Positions 9,958 to 19,520 of a stretch of DNA of 64,000 nt are shown one piece after another. The position numbers were made by a program, and so were the translations under genes. The stretch is from Thermoplasmatota archaeon (lineage in GTDB: Archaea > Thermoplasmatota > E2 > JACPAO01 > JAHFTW01), in the NCBI GenBank assembly GCA_041601615.1, contig JBFIHX010000001.1, positions 160,001-224,000 of the forward strand, in the 5' to 3' direction. Numbering within the stretch: the stretch's first letter is position 1; each line of letters opens with the position of its first letter. The notes under the pieces were generated by a model that saw only the letters and a list, made by a program, of their open reading frames with translations, had not been told where the DNA came from and did no database searches.

Positions 9958-10227
9958 TTAGGTTTCTGGTGGCGTTGTGGAAGATTCTCCGGCCGCAGTC
10001 GCCCGTCGTTCCAGGCGCGTGCCGTCGCGGGGGCAGTGGAGAATCGCCGGGTGCAGGGTTTCGAAGTGACACACGGGGCAGATGCGCTCGGGGCGATTTC
10101 GTCTTGGCCACAAGAGCAGCGGAAACAGCAAAAAGAAGAACAGGCCGGGCACGCCGATGGCCCAGAAAAACGCCGTGAGCCCGATACTCGCCCCAAGTCC
10201 CGCAAGAAACGGAGTCCAGCGCCGCAC
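9958..10227 (-). CDS. small membrane protein with zinc-ribbon tail
   Basis: Two hydrophobic segments then CPVC...CPRDG. Confidence 0.7.
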   Translation of the reverse strand: MRRWTPFLAGLGASIGLTAFFWAIGVPGLFFFLLFPLLLWPRRNRPERICPVCHFETLHPAILHCPRDGTRLERRATAAGESSTTPPET

Positions 10228-10231
10228 AGAC

Positions 10232-10615
10232 CTACTCGTTCGTGAAGGCGAGGTAATCCTCGGCCGACAGGAGCGTTGCCGCTTCGGCTACGTCTCGCAT
10301 GCGGATCTTGATGAGCCAACCTTCCCCATATGGGTCCGAGTTGATGGTTTCGGGTGCGTCTTCAAGCGCGGCGTTTGTGTCCGTGATTTCGCCAGCCACG
10401 GGCATAAAGAGGTCGCTGACAGACTTGACCGACTCCACGACGCCAAATTCGTCGTCCGTGTCGTATTCGGTGCCGATGCCGGGCAGTTCCACGTACACGA
10501 TGTCGTTGAGAGCATCCTGGGCGTGATCGGTGATTCCGACGGTGGCGATGTCACCCTCGATGCGGACCCACTCGTGGCTCTTGGTGTACAGGACGTCATC
10601 CGGCGTGTCGGACAC
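10232..10615 (-). CDS. gcvH: glycine cleavage system H protein
   Basis: YTKSHEW, VGITDHAQ, lipoyl site ESVK, NSDPYGEGW; GTG start inferred. Confidence 0.96.
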   Translation of the reverse strand: MSDTPDDVLYTKSHEWVRIEGDIATVGITDHAQDALNDIVYVELPGIGTEYDTDDEFGVVESVKSVSDLFMPVAGEITDTNAALEDAPETINSDPYGEGWLIKIRMRDVAEAATLLSAEDYLAFTNE

Positions 10616-10729
10616 GAAGCGGTGGACGACAGGTCCGCCTTTTGGCCGTTCCCCCGCCAACGGCCCCCAGAACGACCGCCCAATCCCGACACGGCCAAAT
10701 AGGGGGGCCGACTCGACAGCCATCCCCCC

Positions 10730-10802
10730 CCGGACTTAGCTCAATAGGTAGAGCGGTGGACTGTAGATCCGCAGGTTGCTGGTTCGATTCCGGCAGTCCG
10801 GA
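10730..10802 (+). tRNA. tRNA-Tyr(GTA)
   Basis: Acceptor CCGGACT/AGTCCGG plus A73, anticodon loop CTGTAGA, T-loop TTCGATT, C1-G72, short variable arm, no intron, no encoded CCA. Confidence 0.96.
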
Positions 10803-11150
10803 CTTGCCCTCTTGGGTGCGTGTACAAGCGCACCCGGAGGAAGAATTCGTCAAACATTTGGAGGCGAGGCCTTCGCATGGGTACCTCCCGGCAAGAGCGG
10901 CTGCAATTCTGAGTCTTTGTGGGCTCTTGTTTTCTCCAAAACCCGGGGATTGTGCATCCCGGCGTCGGTCAGCACGGGACCGATACGGCGTTTGGGCGGT
11001 GTGACGACCTTGTCCTGATTGCCGTTTTCACGCGCCTTACCGCTTGGCAAACAGCCGTGCAAGGGACTTGGGGACAAACGGCAACAAAAATGAAAACCAG
11101 AGCCGCCCCCAGAGCCTTCGCTTCTCATGGAAAACCCCCAAAGAGCCACT

Positions 11151-11162
11151 AAGTTTTTATGC
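11151..11162 (+). promoter_or_regulatory. putative TATA box upstream of the 67-aa gene
   Basis: AAGTTTTTATGC, a conspicuous T-run/TATA-like motif about 120 nt before the ATG at 11284. Confidence 0.45.
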
Positions 11163-11283
11163 TCATCATCAAAAACGGGCATCAATGATCAATCACGAAC
11201 TGCCCGCGTTCCTCCTGTTGTCCTCCTGTAGGAATTCGACAAGGTCAAGAACCCCGCTTCAGGTCAGACGGTAGGGAAGCATC

Positions 11284-11487
11284 ATGCCCTACGAACACAC
11301 GACTGACAAAGGGACCTACGTCCTGTTCACGCGCGCTGTCGAACTGAAGGGTGGCCGCACGCAGACCATCTACTTCTTCACCAAGAAGGGCAACACGCCC
11401 AAGAGCGGCAACGCCTGCGACATGCCCGATGGCAAGGCCGTCGGCATCAACAGCCGCACGGGCCTGCCGTTCCTGAAGAACGCCTGA
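11284..11487 (+). CDS. conserved small basic hypothetical protein
   Basis: 67 aa, strong C/G third-position bias, motifs GGRTQTIYFF and RTGLPFLK, pyrimidine tract downstream. Confidence 0.85.
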   Translation: MPYEHTTDKGTYVLFTRAVELKGGRTQTIYFFTKKGNTPKSGNACDMPDGKAVGINSRTGLPFLKNA

Positions 11488-11539
11488 TTCGGTACGCGCA
11501 CAATCGGACACCTACCGATCCGACCTTTCTCCTTCTCTC

Positions 11540-11752
11540 TCACTGCTTCTTTGGGCGCATCGACGCCACCACCCGAACCAGAATCCAGAGGCAAAACAAC
11601 GCCACCGGAAGAATCAACGCGACGAACCAGCCGCCGTCGGTCAAACCCACAAGAAGTGCGAAGCCGACTGCCAACAACACCGTAGGGATCACCAGCAAGG
11701 GGACACGAGCGGCCCCCGGTGGCGCGGAGAGAGAATCACCACGGCTTGACAC
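11540..11752 (-). CDS. small two-helix membrane protein
   Basis: Two hydrophobic segments and basic tail; GTG start inferred. Confidence 0.55.
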   Translation of the reverse strand: MSSRGDSLSAPPGAARVPLLVIPTVLLAVGFALLVGLTDGGWFVALILPVALFCLWILVRVVASMRPKKQ

Positions 11753-11828
11753 ATGGAAATGGACGGTGTTGGACAGGAAGAAGGTTGGCGGGCGACGAGG
11801 CCCAAACAATCATCAAAAAGAGAAAAAG

Positions 11829-11901
11829 TGGCCCTGCCCAGATTTGAACTGGAGTGCGTGCCTCCCGAAGGCACAAGGATACCAAACTACCCCACAGGGC
11901 C
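11829..11901 (-). tRNA. tRNA-Pro(CGG)
   Basis: Acceptor GGCCCTG/CAGGGCC plus A73, anticodon arm GTGCC-TTCGGGA-GGCAC, T-loop TTCAAAT. Confidence 0.95.
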
Positions 11902-11950
11902 GTGGGTTCGCTCCCTCTTGGGAGCTAGGCGGCGCCGACTGGCCTCCTGT

Positions 11951-12259
11951 CTATAAGGTCTGCGAAGGCCCGTCCGTCAGGAACCGGCGAAGTTCCTGGA
12001 CGTAGGCGCGGAACGCTTGGCTTCCGGCGCGGGTGATTTGGTAGCGTAGTTGGAAGCCGTCGCGGCCTTGCAAGACCCGTCGGCTCAGAAGAAGGCCGGC
12101 GTCTTCGAGTCGTTTGGCGTGGGTGGCGAGGTTGCCGTCGGTGAGGCCAAGCGCGTCGCGGAGTGTGGTGTAGGCTAGGTCGCGGCGTTGGTAGAGGTGG
12201 GCCATGATTTGGAGTCGGGTGGGTTGGTGGATGAGTCGGCTGTGCTCGTCGAGGTGCAT
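11951..12259 (-). CDS. winged-helix transcriptional regulator (MarR/ArsR-like)
   Basis: IHQPTRLQIMA...LGLTDGNLATHAKRLEDAG...YQITRAGSQAF. Confidence 0.88.
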   Translation of the reverse strand: MHLDEHSRLIHQPTRLQIMAHLYQRRDLAYTTLRDALGLTDGNLATHAKRLEDAGLLLSRRVLQGRDGFQLRYQITRAGSQAFRAYVQELRRFLTDGPSQTL

Positions 12260-12261
12260 GC

Positions 12262-12870
12262 TTAGCCTCGGCGGATCATCCAGAGGCCGGCTGCGGTCCA
12301 GCCGATGCTGACGGCTGCGGCTCCGAGTAGGCTTGCGGCAACGTGTCCGGCGCCGGCAAGGGCGATGGTGAGGCCGGCGATGATCATCCAGGCACCGGCG
12401 GGGTAGCCGTATCGGGCGCAGGGTACGTCGCCACGGTGTTCGATGCCTGCGATGAGGATGGCGAAGAAGCCGTTGGTGACGGTCATGATGGCGGATGTGG
12501 TCCAGTGCCAGTCGAGGAGTTGGTCGGTGACGAACCAGAGGGCGGCGGCGAGGACGAGGAAGGCCCCGGTGTAGGCGATCATGCGCCAGTCGCCGCCGGG
12601 GGCGCGGCGTAGGTGGACGGCGTGTTGGCGCCAGAGGAGTTTGGTGAGGAGCGAGCCGAGGGCGACGCCGGGAATCCACAGCACGGCGTAGAGCCATTGG
12701 AATCCGTTGGCTTCGATCCAAGAGGCTGCGGTGCCGTAAGTGAGGAAGATGAGGGGCGAGGCGAGGCCCCAGACGATGTTGGTGAGGCCGGCGGTGCGGG
12801 CTGTGAGGCTTTCCTCAACGTGTTCGAGCTCGTGCAGGGCGGTGGCGGCGTCGTGGGCGCTGAGGTCCAT
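12262..12870 (-). CDS. multi-pass membrane protein co-transcribed with the wHTH regulator
   Basis: About six hydrophobic helices; ends 2 nt before the regulator start. Confidence 0.8.
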   Translation of the reverse strand: MDLSAHDAATALHELEHVEESLTARTAGLTNIVWGLASPLIFLTYGTAASWIEANGFQWLYAVLWIPGVALGSLLTKLLWRQHAVHLRRAPGGDWRMIAYTGAFLVLAAALWFVTDQLLDWHWTTSAIMTVTNGFFAILIAGIEHRGDVPCARYGYPAGAWMIIAGLTIALAGAGHVAASLLGAAAVSIGWTAAGLWMIRRG

Positions 12871-12933
12871 GGGACTCCTATGGCGCCTGCTAGGCATAGC
12901 CAGGGCTGAAACTTTGCGGGGCGAAGTGGAGCC

Positions 12934-14040
12934 TTATGCGCGGCGGCGGCGCACGACGACGGCGGTGCCAAGGAGGCCCACGGCGAGGAGGGCTACACCG
13001 GCGCTGGGGACGTCTTTGACGGGAGCGTTGGTGGGGTTGGCCTTCTTGGGCACGCCGCCTTTGTAGTCGCCTACGTCGCCGACTTGGGCGGTGTGGGGGC
13101 CGTCGGTCATGATGCCGCCTGCGATGAGGAGGTTGCCATGGAAGCGGTTTTTCTCCACGACGACGACGGTGAAGTTGTTTTGTTGGTCTGGGAGCCATCC
13201 GTCGAAGTTGGCGAGGGCTTCCCAGCCGCCGGTTCGTTCGACGTATTCCATGTAGACGGGGTTGTCGCTGCCTTCTACGTCGATGCGGACGAGGTAGACT
13301 TGGCTGGGTTCGAGGGGGACTTTGACGATGACGGTGCCGGCGGCGGTGCGCAGGTCTCCTACTTCGACTTTGATGATGTCTGCTCGGACTTCAAAGGAGG
13401 CGGTGCCGTTGCCGGCGAGGCCTTTGCTGTCGGTGCCGATGGCGCTCGTGGTGTAGCTGCCGGCGGTGAGGTTGCGGGCGGTGTAGCGGTAGTGTGGGCC
13501 GGTGACGTGCTCCAGTTGGGTTTCGTCGGCGATGATGCCGTCGGGGCCCATGAGGGTGAATTCGCGGTCGGTGACTCCGGCGTTGTCGGTGTAGAAGACA
13601 TCGATGACGACGCTGCCGCCGACGGTGGCGACCCCGGGACTGGCGTACAGTTCCACTTGGGGCTCGGCAAAGTCGCTGAGCGGGGGGTTGATGAAGATGA
13701 GCCAGAAGGCGAGCCAGGTAAAGAACAACAGGAATCCGGTGCCGAGCCATTCGCGGCGTTGGTAGTGGCTGATGTCGATGCGTAGCTGCTTGTAGAGCGG
13801 TTTGAGGGCTAGGAAAAAGACTCCGAATACGGCCATGCCGAGGAGCCATCCTACCTTGGCGCCGCCGACGGCGATGAACAGGCCCCAGCTGACGACGGCG
13901 GCGAGGATGCCCATAAGGAACATCGTGACCGTGGTCTTGAAGCCGATCATTTCCTTGTGAATGAAGGCGTCTTCGTCAAAATCGGCGGGGATGAACTCGT
14001 ACTTCTCTTCCGAGACTTCCTCGTCCTTCTTCTTACCCAC
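12934..14040 (-). CDS. membrane protein with extracellular beta-rich region and C-terminal sorting-like tail
   Basis: N-terminal TM bundle ending INPPLSD; C-terminus VPSAG-hydrophobic-RRRR; GTG start 14040 inferred, divergent from rqcH. Confidence 0.8.
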   Translation of the reverse strand: MGKKKDEEVSEEKYEFIPADFDEDAFIHKEMIGFKTTVTMFLMGILAAVVSWGLFIAVGGAKVGWLLGMAVFGVFFLALKPLYKQLRIDISHYQRREWLGTGFLLFFTWLAFWLIFINPPLSDFAEPQVELYASPGVATVGGSVVIDVFYTDNAGVTDREFTLMGPDGIIADETQLEHVTGPHYRYTARNLTAGSYTTSAIGTDSKGLAGNGTASFEVRADIIKVEVGDLRTAAGTVIVKVPLEPSQVYLVRIDVEGSDNPVYMEYVERTGGWEALANFDGWLPDQQNNFTVVVVEKNRFHGNLLIAGGIMTDGPHTAQVGDVGDYKGGVPKKANPTNAPVKDVPSAGVALLAVGLLGTAVVVRRRRA

Positions 14041-14076
14041 GGACGCGCCGAGTGGGGCCCGACTTAAAGGGCTGCG

Positions 14077-16197
14077 GTGCCTCGCCGCGACACCGTGGCA
14101 GACTCGAAAGGGATGACGAACGTGGACGTGGCGGCCCTTGCAGGGGAGCTTCGGCGCTTGTTGGTGGGCGGTCGTTTTGATAAGGCGTACCAGCCGGCCA
14201 AGGAATCGATTTTGCTGCGGGTGCGCCGGAAGGGCGCCGGGCGCATTGATCTCTTGTTTGAATTGGGGCGGTTTTTGACGGTCACCAAGAGGCCGCCGGA
14301 GAATCCGAACAATCCGAGCATGGTGGCGAAGATTTTGCGCGGCACCTTCGAGAATGCTCGGCTTATTGACGTGCAGCAGATTGGCTTTGATCGCCTGCTG
14401 CGCATTACATTCGAGAAACAGGAAGTCCACAGCCTCGTTTTGGAGTTGTTTGGCGACGGCAATCTCTTGCTGCTGGATGCGGCGGGGACAATTGTGTTGC
14501 CGATGCGGGGCGTGGACCATGGGGCGCGTCGGCTTCGCAAGGGCGAGCCGTATGTGCCGCCGCCTGGTGGCGCGGAGCCGTTTGGCATGGACGAGGCGGC
14601 GCTTCGCGCTGCTGCGGCGGGTGCCCGCGCCAACGACCTTGTGCGGTTTTTGGCCTTGGACCTTGGTTTTGGCCCGTTGTGGGCGGAAGAACTCTGCTTG
14701 CGTGCGGAGGTCCCGAAATCGACGCTCCTCGAAGGTCTCGAAGATGCCCAGTGGGCGGCCGTGCACCGGACGATTCAAGTGTTGGCGGGCGAAATCGAGC
14801 GCAACGACTTGGCTCCTGCCGTGGTGTATCCTGGCGAGGGCGCAGAAGATGGCGCGGAGCCGGTTGCGGCTGTTCCGTTTCCGATGTTGCGCTACCCGGC
14901 GCCGAAGTTTGCGACTCAGGAGGCGCAGGCGTTCCGGGAGGCACTGGACACGTTCTATCGCGGTGACTCGGACGAGGGCGACGAGGAAGCGGACCCACGC
15001 AACAAGCGATTCAATGAGGCCCGCGGGAAGCTGCAACGCCAGGTCTCCCAAATGGAGGAAGCAATTAGTGAATTCGTGGACGAGGAAAAAGCACGCCATG
15101 CAGACGGCGACTCCTTGTATGGTGCGTACCAGCAAGTGGATGCGACTCTGAAGCAATTGCAGGCTGCGCGCGCCGCCGGTCGCAATTGGCAGGAGATTGC
15201 CGCCGTGTTGGATCAGGCTCGCGCCGCGGGACGCCCAGAAGCGCGGACGGTGCTCTCCATCACGCCCAAGGATGCCACTGCCGTGTTCGTGGTGCCGGAC
15301 CTGGAAACGGGTGCCCCTCGTGAAGTTGCAGTTGCATTGGACAAATCGGTTCAGGACAATGCCACGGCGCAATTTGAGGCTTCCAAGAAGGCCAAGAGCC
15401 GCCAGGCTGGTGCGATGGTCGCCCTAGAAAAGGCGCGGGCAAATCTCAAAGCACTCGAAGACAAGGGCCTGGATGGTTTCGGCGCGGCGCCCGTGAAGTC
15501 TGCGGGCCCGAAGCGACATTTTTGGTTCGAATCCTACCGTTGGACGCTCACCCCGAGCGGCCTCATTGCGGTGGGTGGGCGCAATGCCGGCCAGAACGAC
15601 CAGGTGGTCAAGAAGTACATGCGCGACGCGGATCGGTACGTGCACGCGGAAATCCACGGAGCACCGAGCGTCGTCGTGCGCCCGGCGGATGGGCCGAGCA
15701 TCGAGGCGACCGAGGAGGACCTGCGGGCGGCGTGTCAATTTGCGGCCATGAGCAGTCGCGCTTGGCGCCAATTTGGTGCCGCCAGCGCGTACTGGGTAAC
15801 TCCAGTACAGGTCAACAAGACGCCGCGTTCAGGTGAATTCGTTCCTCGTGGAGCTTGGATCATCCACGGCAAGCGCAATTTCGAGACCGGCCTGCCGATG
15901 CGTTGGGCCGTGGGTCGCGTTCGCTTTACGTTTGATGGCCGACCGGTGCCGAAAGATGAGCCGGATCCGGACCGCATGACGGAGAAACTGGTGGGCGGCC
16001 CGGAGAGCGGCATGGCGCCGTTTGCTCTTGCCATGATTATGCTGGAGCCTGGCGACATGGAGCCCAACGATGCAGCGCACGCGCTCGTGGAGGCCACCGG
16101 CGTCGAAGAGGAGGAAGCGCAGGCGGTTCTGCCCAATGGCCCCGTGCGGTTCGTGGATGCGCCTAGCAAGCTCGCGTCGGGAGTTTCGGGCTCGTGA
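14077..16197 (+). CDS. rqcH: ribosome quality-control factor RqcH (NFACT/NEMF)
   Basis: MTNVDV, QIGFDR, ELFGDGN, WFESYRW, GGRNAGQN, HAEIHGAPS and GAWIIHGKRN motifs. Confidence 0.93.
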   Translation: MPRRDTVADSKGMTNVDVAALAGELRRLLVGGRFDKAYQPAKESILLRVRRKGAGRIDLLFELGRFLTVTKRPPENPNNPSMVAKILRGTFENARLIDVQQIGFDRLLRITFEKQEVHSLVLELFGDGNLLLLDAAGTIVLPMRGVDHGARRLRKGEPYVPPPGGAEPFGMDEAALRAAAAGARANDLVRFLALDLGFGPLWAEELCLRAEVPKSTLLEGLEDAQWAAVHRTIQVLAGEIERNDLAPAVVYPGEGAEDGAEPVAAVPFPMLRYPAPKFATQEAQAFREALDTFYRGDSDEGDEEADPRNKRFNEARGKLQRQVSQMEEAISEFVDEEKARHADGDSLYGAYQQVDATLKQLQAARAAGRNWQEIAAVLDQARAAGRPEARTVLSITPKDATAVFVVPDLETGAPREVAVALDKSVQDNATAQFEASKKAKSRQAGAMVALEKARANLKALEDKGLDGFGAAPVKSAGPKRHFWFESYRWTLTPSGLIAVGGRNAGQNDQVVKKYMRDADRYVHAEIHGAPSVVVRPADGPSIEATEEDLRAACQFAAMSSRAWRQFGAASAYWVTPVQVNKTPRSGEFVPRGAWIIHGKRNFETGLPMRWAVGRVRFTFDGRPVPKDEPDPDRMTEKLVGGPESGMAPFALAMIMLEPGDMEPNDAAHALVEATGVEEEEAQAVLPNGPVRFVDAPSKLASGVSGS

Positions 16198-17249
16198 AGA
16201 GGCTCAAGTACGATGTGTCCGGCGGCTATCTACGCCTCGGCATCGAGACCCTGGACGACCTTTGGCACCTGCGCAATCTCTTGCAAAATGGCGACTTGGT
16301 CACCATGGATACGTTTCGCACAGCTGAGACCAGCACGGACAAGTTGCGCGAGGGCAAGCAGGAGAAGAAACGCATGCGGCTCGGGGTGCGCGTGGAGTCG
16401 GTGGAGTGGCACGATTTTGACGACCATCTTCGCATCCATGGCGTCATTGAAGTCGGCCCCCAGGACCTCGGCCGGCACCATACGCACATTGTCCGCGATG
16501 ATCCGGGCGTCCAAGTAGACATCCAGAAACCCCCGCCGCTCACGCGTTGGGTACTGGATCTCGTGGACCAAGCCAAGAACGCAGCCCAAGCGCCACAGGT
16601 GGTGCTGCTTGCCATTGACGATTCGGAAGCGCAGTTTGCCGTGCTTCGTGGCTACGGCCTCCAATGGCTCGGTACCCTCGCTGCCGGCGGCCAGGGCAAG
16701 CAATTTAAGGGCTCGGCGGCGGCCAAGAAGGCGTTCTACGATGAGGCAACGGGCACGCTGAAGACTTTGCGCGTCAGCCCGGACGTGGCCTGCATTGTCG
16801 TGGGCCCTGGTTGGTGGCGCGAAGAATTCATTGATCACGTCCAGTCCAAGGATCCAGAGTTGGCCAAGGGAATTCTCACAGACGGCACGAGCCAAGGAGG
16901 GCGCGGAGGCGTCCAGGAGGCGCTGCGTCGAGGACTCATTGAGCGCGTTGCCCGCGACCATCGCATTCATTGGGAGACGCAGAAGGTCGAGGAGATCATG
17001 GCCCGCATTGCCAAGGGCGATGGACTTGTCGCCTACGGACCCGATGAGGTGCATCAAGCAGTGACTGCGGGTGCGGCCGACGAGGTGCTGATTACGGATC
17101 GCGCCGTGCGAGAAGGGCGCTTCGAGCCGGTGCTTCGGCAGGCGGAGGCGACTCGCTGCGCCGTGCACATTGTTGCCAGTGGCCACGACGCGGGACACCG
17201 GTTGGAGCAGTTCAGCGGTGTTGCAGCGTTGCTGCGGTTTGCCCTGTAG
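16194..17249 (+). CDS. pelA: mRNA surveillance protein pelota (aDom34)
   Basis: ETLDDLWHL, LRIHGVI, VGPG, AYGPDEV and GVAALLRF motifs. Confidence 0.95.
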   Translation: MKRLKYDVSGGYLRLGIETLDDLWHLRNLLQNGDLVTMDTFRTAETSTDKLREGKQEKKRMRLGVRVESVEWHDFDDHLRIHGVIEVGPQDLGRHHTHIVRDDPGVQVDIQKPPPLTRWVLDLVDQAKNAAQAPQVVLLAIDDSEAQFAVLRGYGLQWLGTLAAGGQGKQFKGSAAAKKAFYDEATGTLKTLRVSPDVACIVVGPGWWREEFIDHVQSKDPELAKGILTDGTSQGGRGGVQEALRRGLIERVARDHRIHWETQKVEEIMARIAKGDGLVAYGPDEVHQAVTAGAADEVLITDRAVREGRFEPVLRQAEATRCAVHIVASGHDAGHRLEQFSGVAALLRFAL

Positions 17250-17297
17250 CCGCGAAGCGCCTGAAAAGGCCGATTCCGGGTTCCGGCTGGGCCCGAA

Positions 17298-17924
17298 TTA
17301 GGCGTCGTAGTCGACGCTGAGGTCGGCAGTGTAGCTCATGGCCGGAGCGACGAGTAGATTGCTGGAGGCGCTGAAGGTCCAGTCGCCAGCAAGGAAGGGC
17401 GCCGAAGCAAGGTCGTAGGTGATGGTGACGGTGGAGCTGCCAGCCGCGGTCGGACTTTGGACGCCGTCGTAGGATTGGCCCACAGGATCCACGAGGCCGA
17501 AGTTGAGGCCGGGTTGCGCACCCACGGCGTCCGGCAACGGAAGGGGCCGGTCGTAGGTGATGCTGATGCGGATGGCGGTGGCGCCTTCATCCACATGGAA
17601 CGTCTTGGTGTCGCTTTGAACACTGGCGACGGAGGCTGCGACGGTGCCCGAGAGGTCGGCGGTGAAGGTGAGTTGGTCGTCATCGGCGTCTGGGGTGTTG
17701 TCGCCGTCGATGTCGCTGTCTTCGTGGTTCGGGATGCCGTCGCTGTCCATGTCGCCAGTCGCCGAGAGGCCAGGGTAGGTCTCGTTGAATGTCGCCATGG
17801 ATACGTTTGGTCCACTGTTGTTGTCGACGCTGTCTGTTGCATTGTATTCGTATGCAAAGACGCCCACCATGACGCTTACAAGCACCACTGCACCCACGAT
17901 TCCAACCACAGTATCCGTCTGCAT
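17298..17924 (-). CDS. membrane-anchored protein with acidic Ca-binding-like repeats
   Basis: N-terminal TM helix; DMDSDGIPNHEDSDIDGDNTPD (thrombospondin type 3-like). Confidence 0.7.
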   Translation of the reverse strand: MQTDTVVGIVGAVVLVSVMVGVFAYEYNATDSVDNNSGPNVSMATFNETYPGLSATGDMDSDGIPNHEDSDIDGDNTPDADDDQLTFTADLSGTVAASVASVQSDTKTFHVDEGATAIRISITYDRPLPLPDAVGAQPGLNFGLVDPVGQSYDGVQSPTAAGSSTVTITYDLASAPFLAGDWTFSASSNLLVAPAMSYTADLSVDYDA

Positions 17925-17926
17925 GT

Positions 17927-18787
17927 TCAGGCCTCGGAGACCTTGATGTCGTAATAGGTGTATTCGAGCTTGTTGAGGATGAAGCCGTTGCCTGTGTCGC
18001 CGTTGCCGCCGTGGTTTTGCTGGTCGGCGATGGCACAAAATTGGGCGCGGCGCACCAGTGCTTGGCTGGGGACCGAGGTGCCTAGTTCGACGTTGGGGCA
18101 GCGACCCACGGATTCGACCCAGATGCGTACGGTCCAGGTGCCGTGCGTGATGCGGGTGTCGCGTTGCACGATGGCGGCGGTGGCATCTTCGAGGGTGCCG
18201 TTTTGGCCGTCCTTGAAGGTGACAATTTGGCCTTCGGGTTTGCCGCCGAGGTTGAAGGCGACTCGGTAGAGGCTGACTTCGGGCGTATCGAAGTAGCGCC
18301 CGGGACCCTTCTGCTCATCGGGGAGTTCCTCGGTGGGCAGCGTTGGCTGCGGATTCGAGATTGCGACGGATTCTCCTGCGGGGTTCAGGAGTTCGATGAG
18401 GAATGAGTCGGGAAGCGATTCGGGGAAGTTTTCGATGAGGGTGACGAAGACGATGAGTTCGAAGATGTTGTTCTCGGCCAAGTCATAAGGGACATCCACT
18501 GCGTTCGATTCGCCTTGCAGAATGACGCCGGCAGTATCCGGAAACAGGTTGGAGCTCAGGACCGAGATGGGAAGTTCCACGGGCACGGATTCGTAGTCTA
18601 CACGGAACTGCGGATCCAGCACTTCTGTTTCGGGCAGGACGTTGACGAGCAGGACTGCCACAAGGAGCAACACGGCACCCACGACGCCCAGTGCGCCATC
18701 CAAGAAGCGTCCGCGACGCCGAGGGGGGCCTTCTCGCAGGACGACGACGCGGTTTTGGCCGGGCGGTGCTGGGCTGCCCTCGCTCAC
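17927..18787 (-). CDS. membrane-anchored hypothetical protein
   Basis: Basic N-terminus, one TM helix, beta-rich ectodomain; 2 nt from the next gene. Confidence 0.7.
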   Translation of the reverse strand: MSEGSPAPPGQNRVVVLREGPPRRRGRFLDGALGVVGAVLLLVAVLLVNVLPETEVLDPQFRVDYESVPVELPISVLSSNLFPDTAGVILQGESNAVDVPYDLAENNIFELIVFVTLIENFPESLPDSFLIELLNPAGESVAISNPQPTLPTEELPDEQKGPGRYFDTPEVSLYRVAFNLGGKPEGQIVTFKDGQNGTLEDATAAIVQRDTRITHGTWTVRIWVESVGRCPNVELGTSVPSQALVRRAQFCAIADQQNHGGNGDTGNGFILNKLEYTYYDIKVSEA

Positions 18788-18983
18788 AGGCTTCGACGCG
18801 CCCCGGGACTCTTAGGGCTTGCGTGTACGTTCTCGAAGAATCTGCCACTGAATTTTGGTCCCCGCATGGTTGAGAAGCAAGCGCAGGAAAGTGGCGGTGC
18901 GGCAAACAAGGGGCAGAAGGTGGAGAGGGACGTGGGCCCATGATGCGATGGGACCGGTCGCTTCGAGGCTTGGAGCGTCGGGC

Positions 18984-19301
18984 CTAGAGGTGCTTTTGCA
19001 GCGAGCCCATCAAGGATTCCTTGGGCACGGCGCCGATGACCGTGTCCACTTTGACACCGTCCTTGTACACCATGAGCGTCGGGATGCTCATGACGCCTTG
19101 ATCGACGGCGGTGCTTTGGTTCTCGTCCGTGTTGAGTTTTCCAAAGGAGACGTCGGTCATTTCGCCGCTGAGTTCCTCAATGATGGGGCCGATGCGCTTG
19201 CAGGGGCCGCACCAGGGGGCCCAAAAGTCCACGAGGACGACGCCGGATTTCTTGGTGAATGCGTCGAAGTCGGCATCCGTCAGGGTTGCGACACTGCTCA
19301 T
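18984..19301 (-). CDS. trxA: thioredoxin
   Basis: VDFWAPWCGPCK and SIPT motifs. Confidence 0.97.
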   Translation of the reverse strand: MSSVATLTDADFDAFTKKSGVVLVDFWAPWCGPCKRIGPIIEELSGEMTDVSFGKLNTDENQSTAVDQGVMSIPTLMVYKDGVKVDTVIGAVPKESLMGSLQKHL

Positions 19302-19319
19302 GCGGACTCCTTACCTGTA

Positions 19320-19352
19320 CCGGACGAAAAACGGTTTGGTCCGAGCTGGGCG
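19320..19352. repeat. left copy of island-bounding direct repeat, overlapping the likely trxA promoter
   Basis: CCGGACGAAAAACGGTTTGGTCCGAGCTGGGCG; core 19327-19346 is identical to 24092-24111. Confidence 0.85.
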
Positions 19353-19520
19353 CCTTCCAAAACATCCCAACCGTTCCAAAAAGGCGGGAGGGCAGTAGCC
19401 CCTAAGGAGTAAGCGACCCAATCGCATGCTCAGGGAGTAATCTCCAAAATATGGGCTCATGCCGGTCGTGGCCGTTGCAAGGAGACATCCCCTTGGTTTT
19501 GGAATAGGGCCTGTCAGAAG

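Noticed and set aside
14041-15372. N-terminal extension of the 812-aa ORF
   Set aside because: Antisense to rqcH; the credible protein begins at GTG 14040
19355-19504. MITE with TTCCAAAAC/GTTTTGGAA ends
   Set aside because: Only a 9-bp inverted repeat, single copy, no clear target duplication
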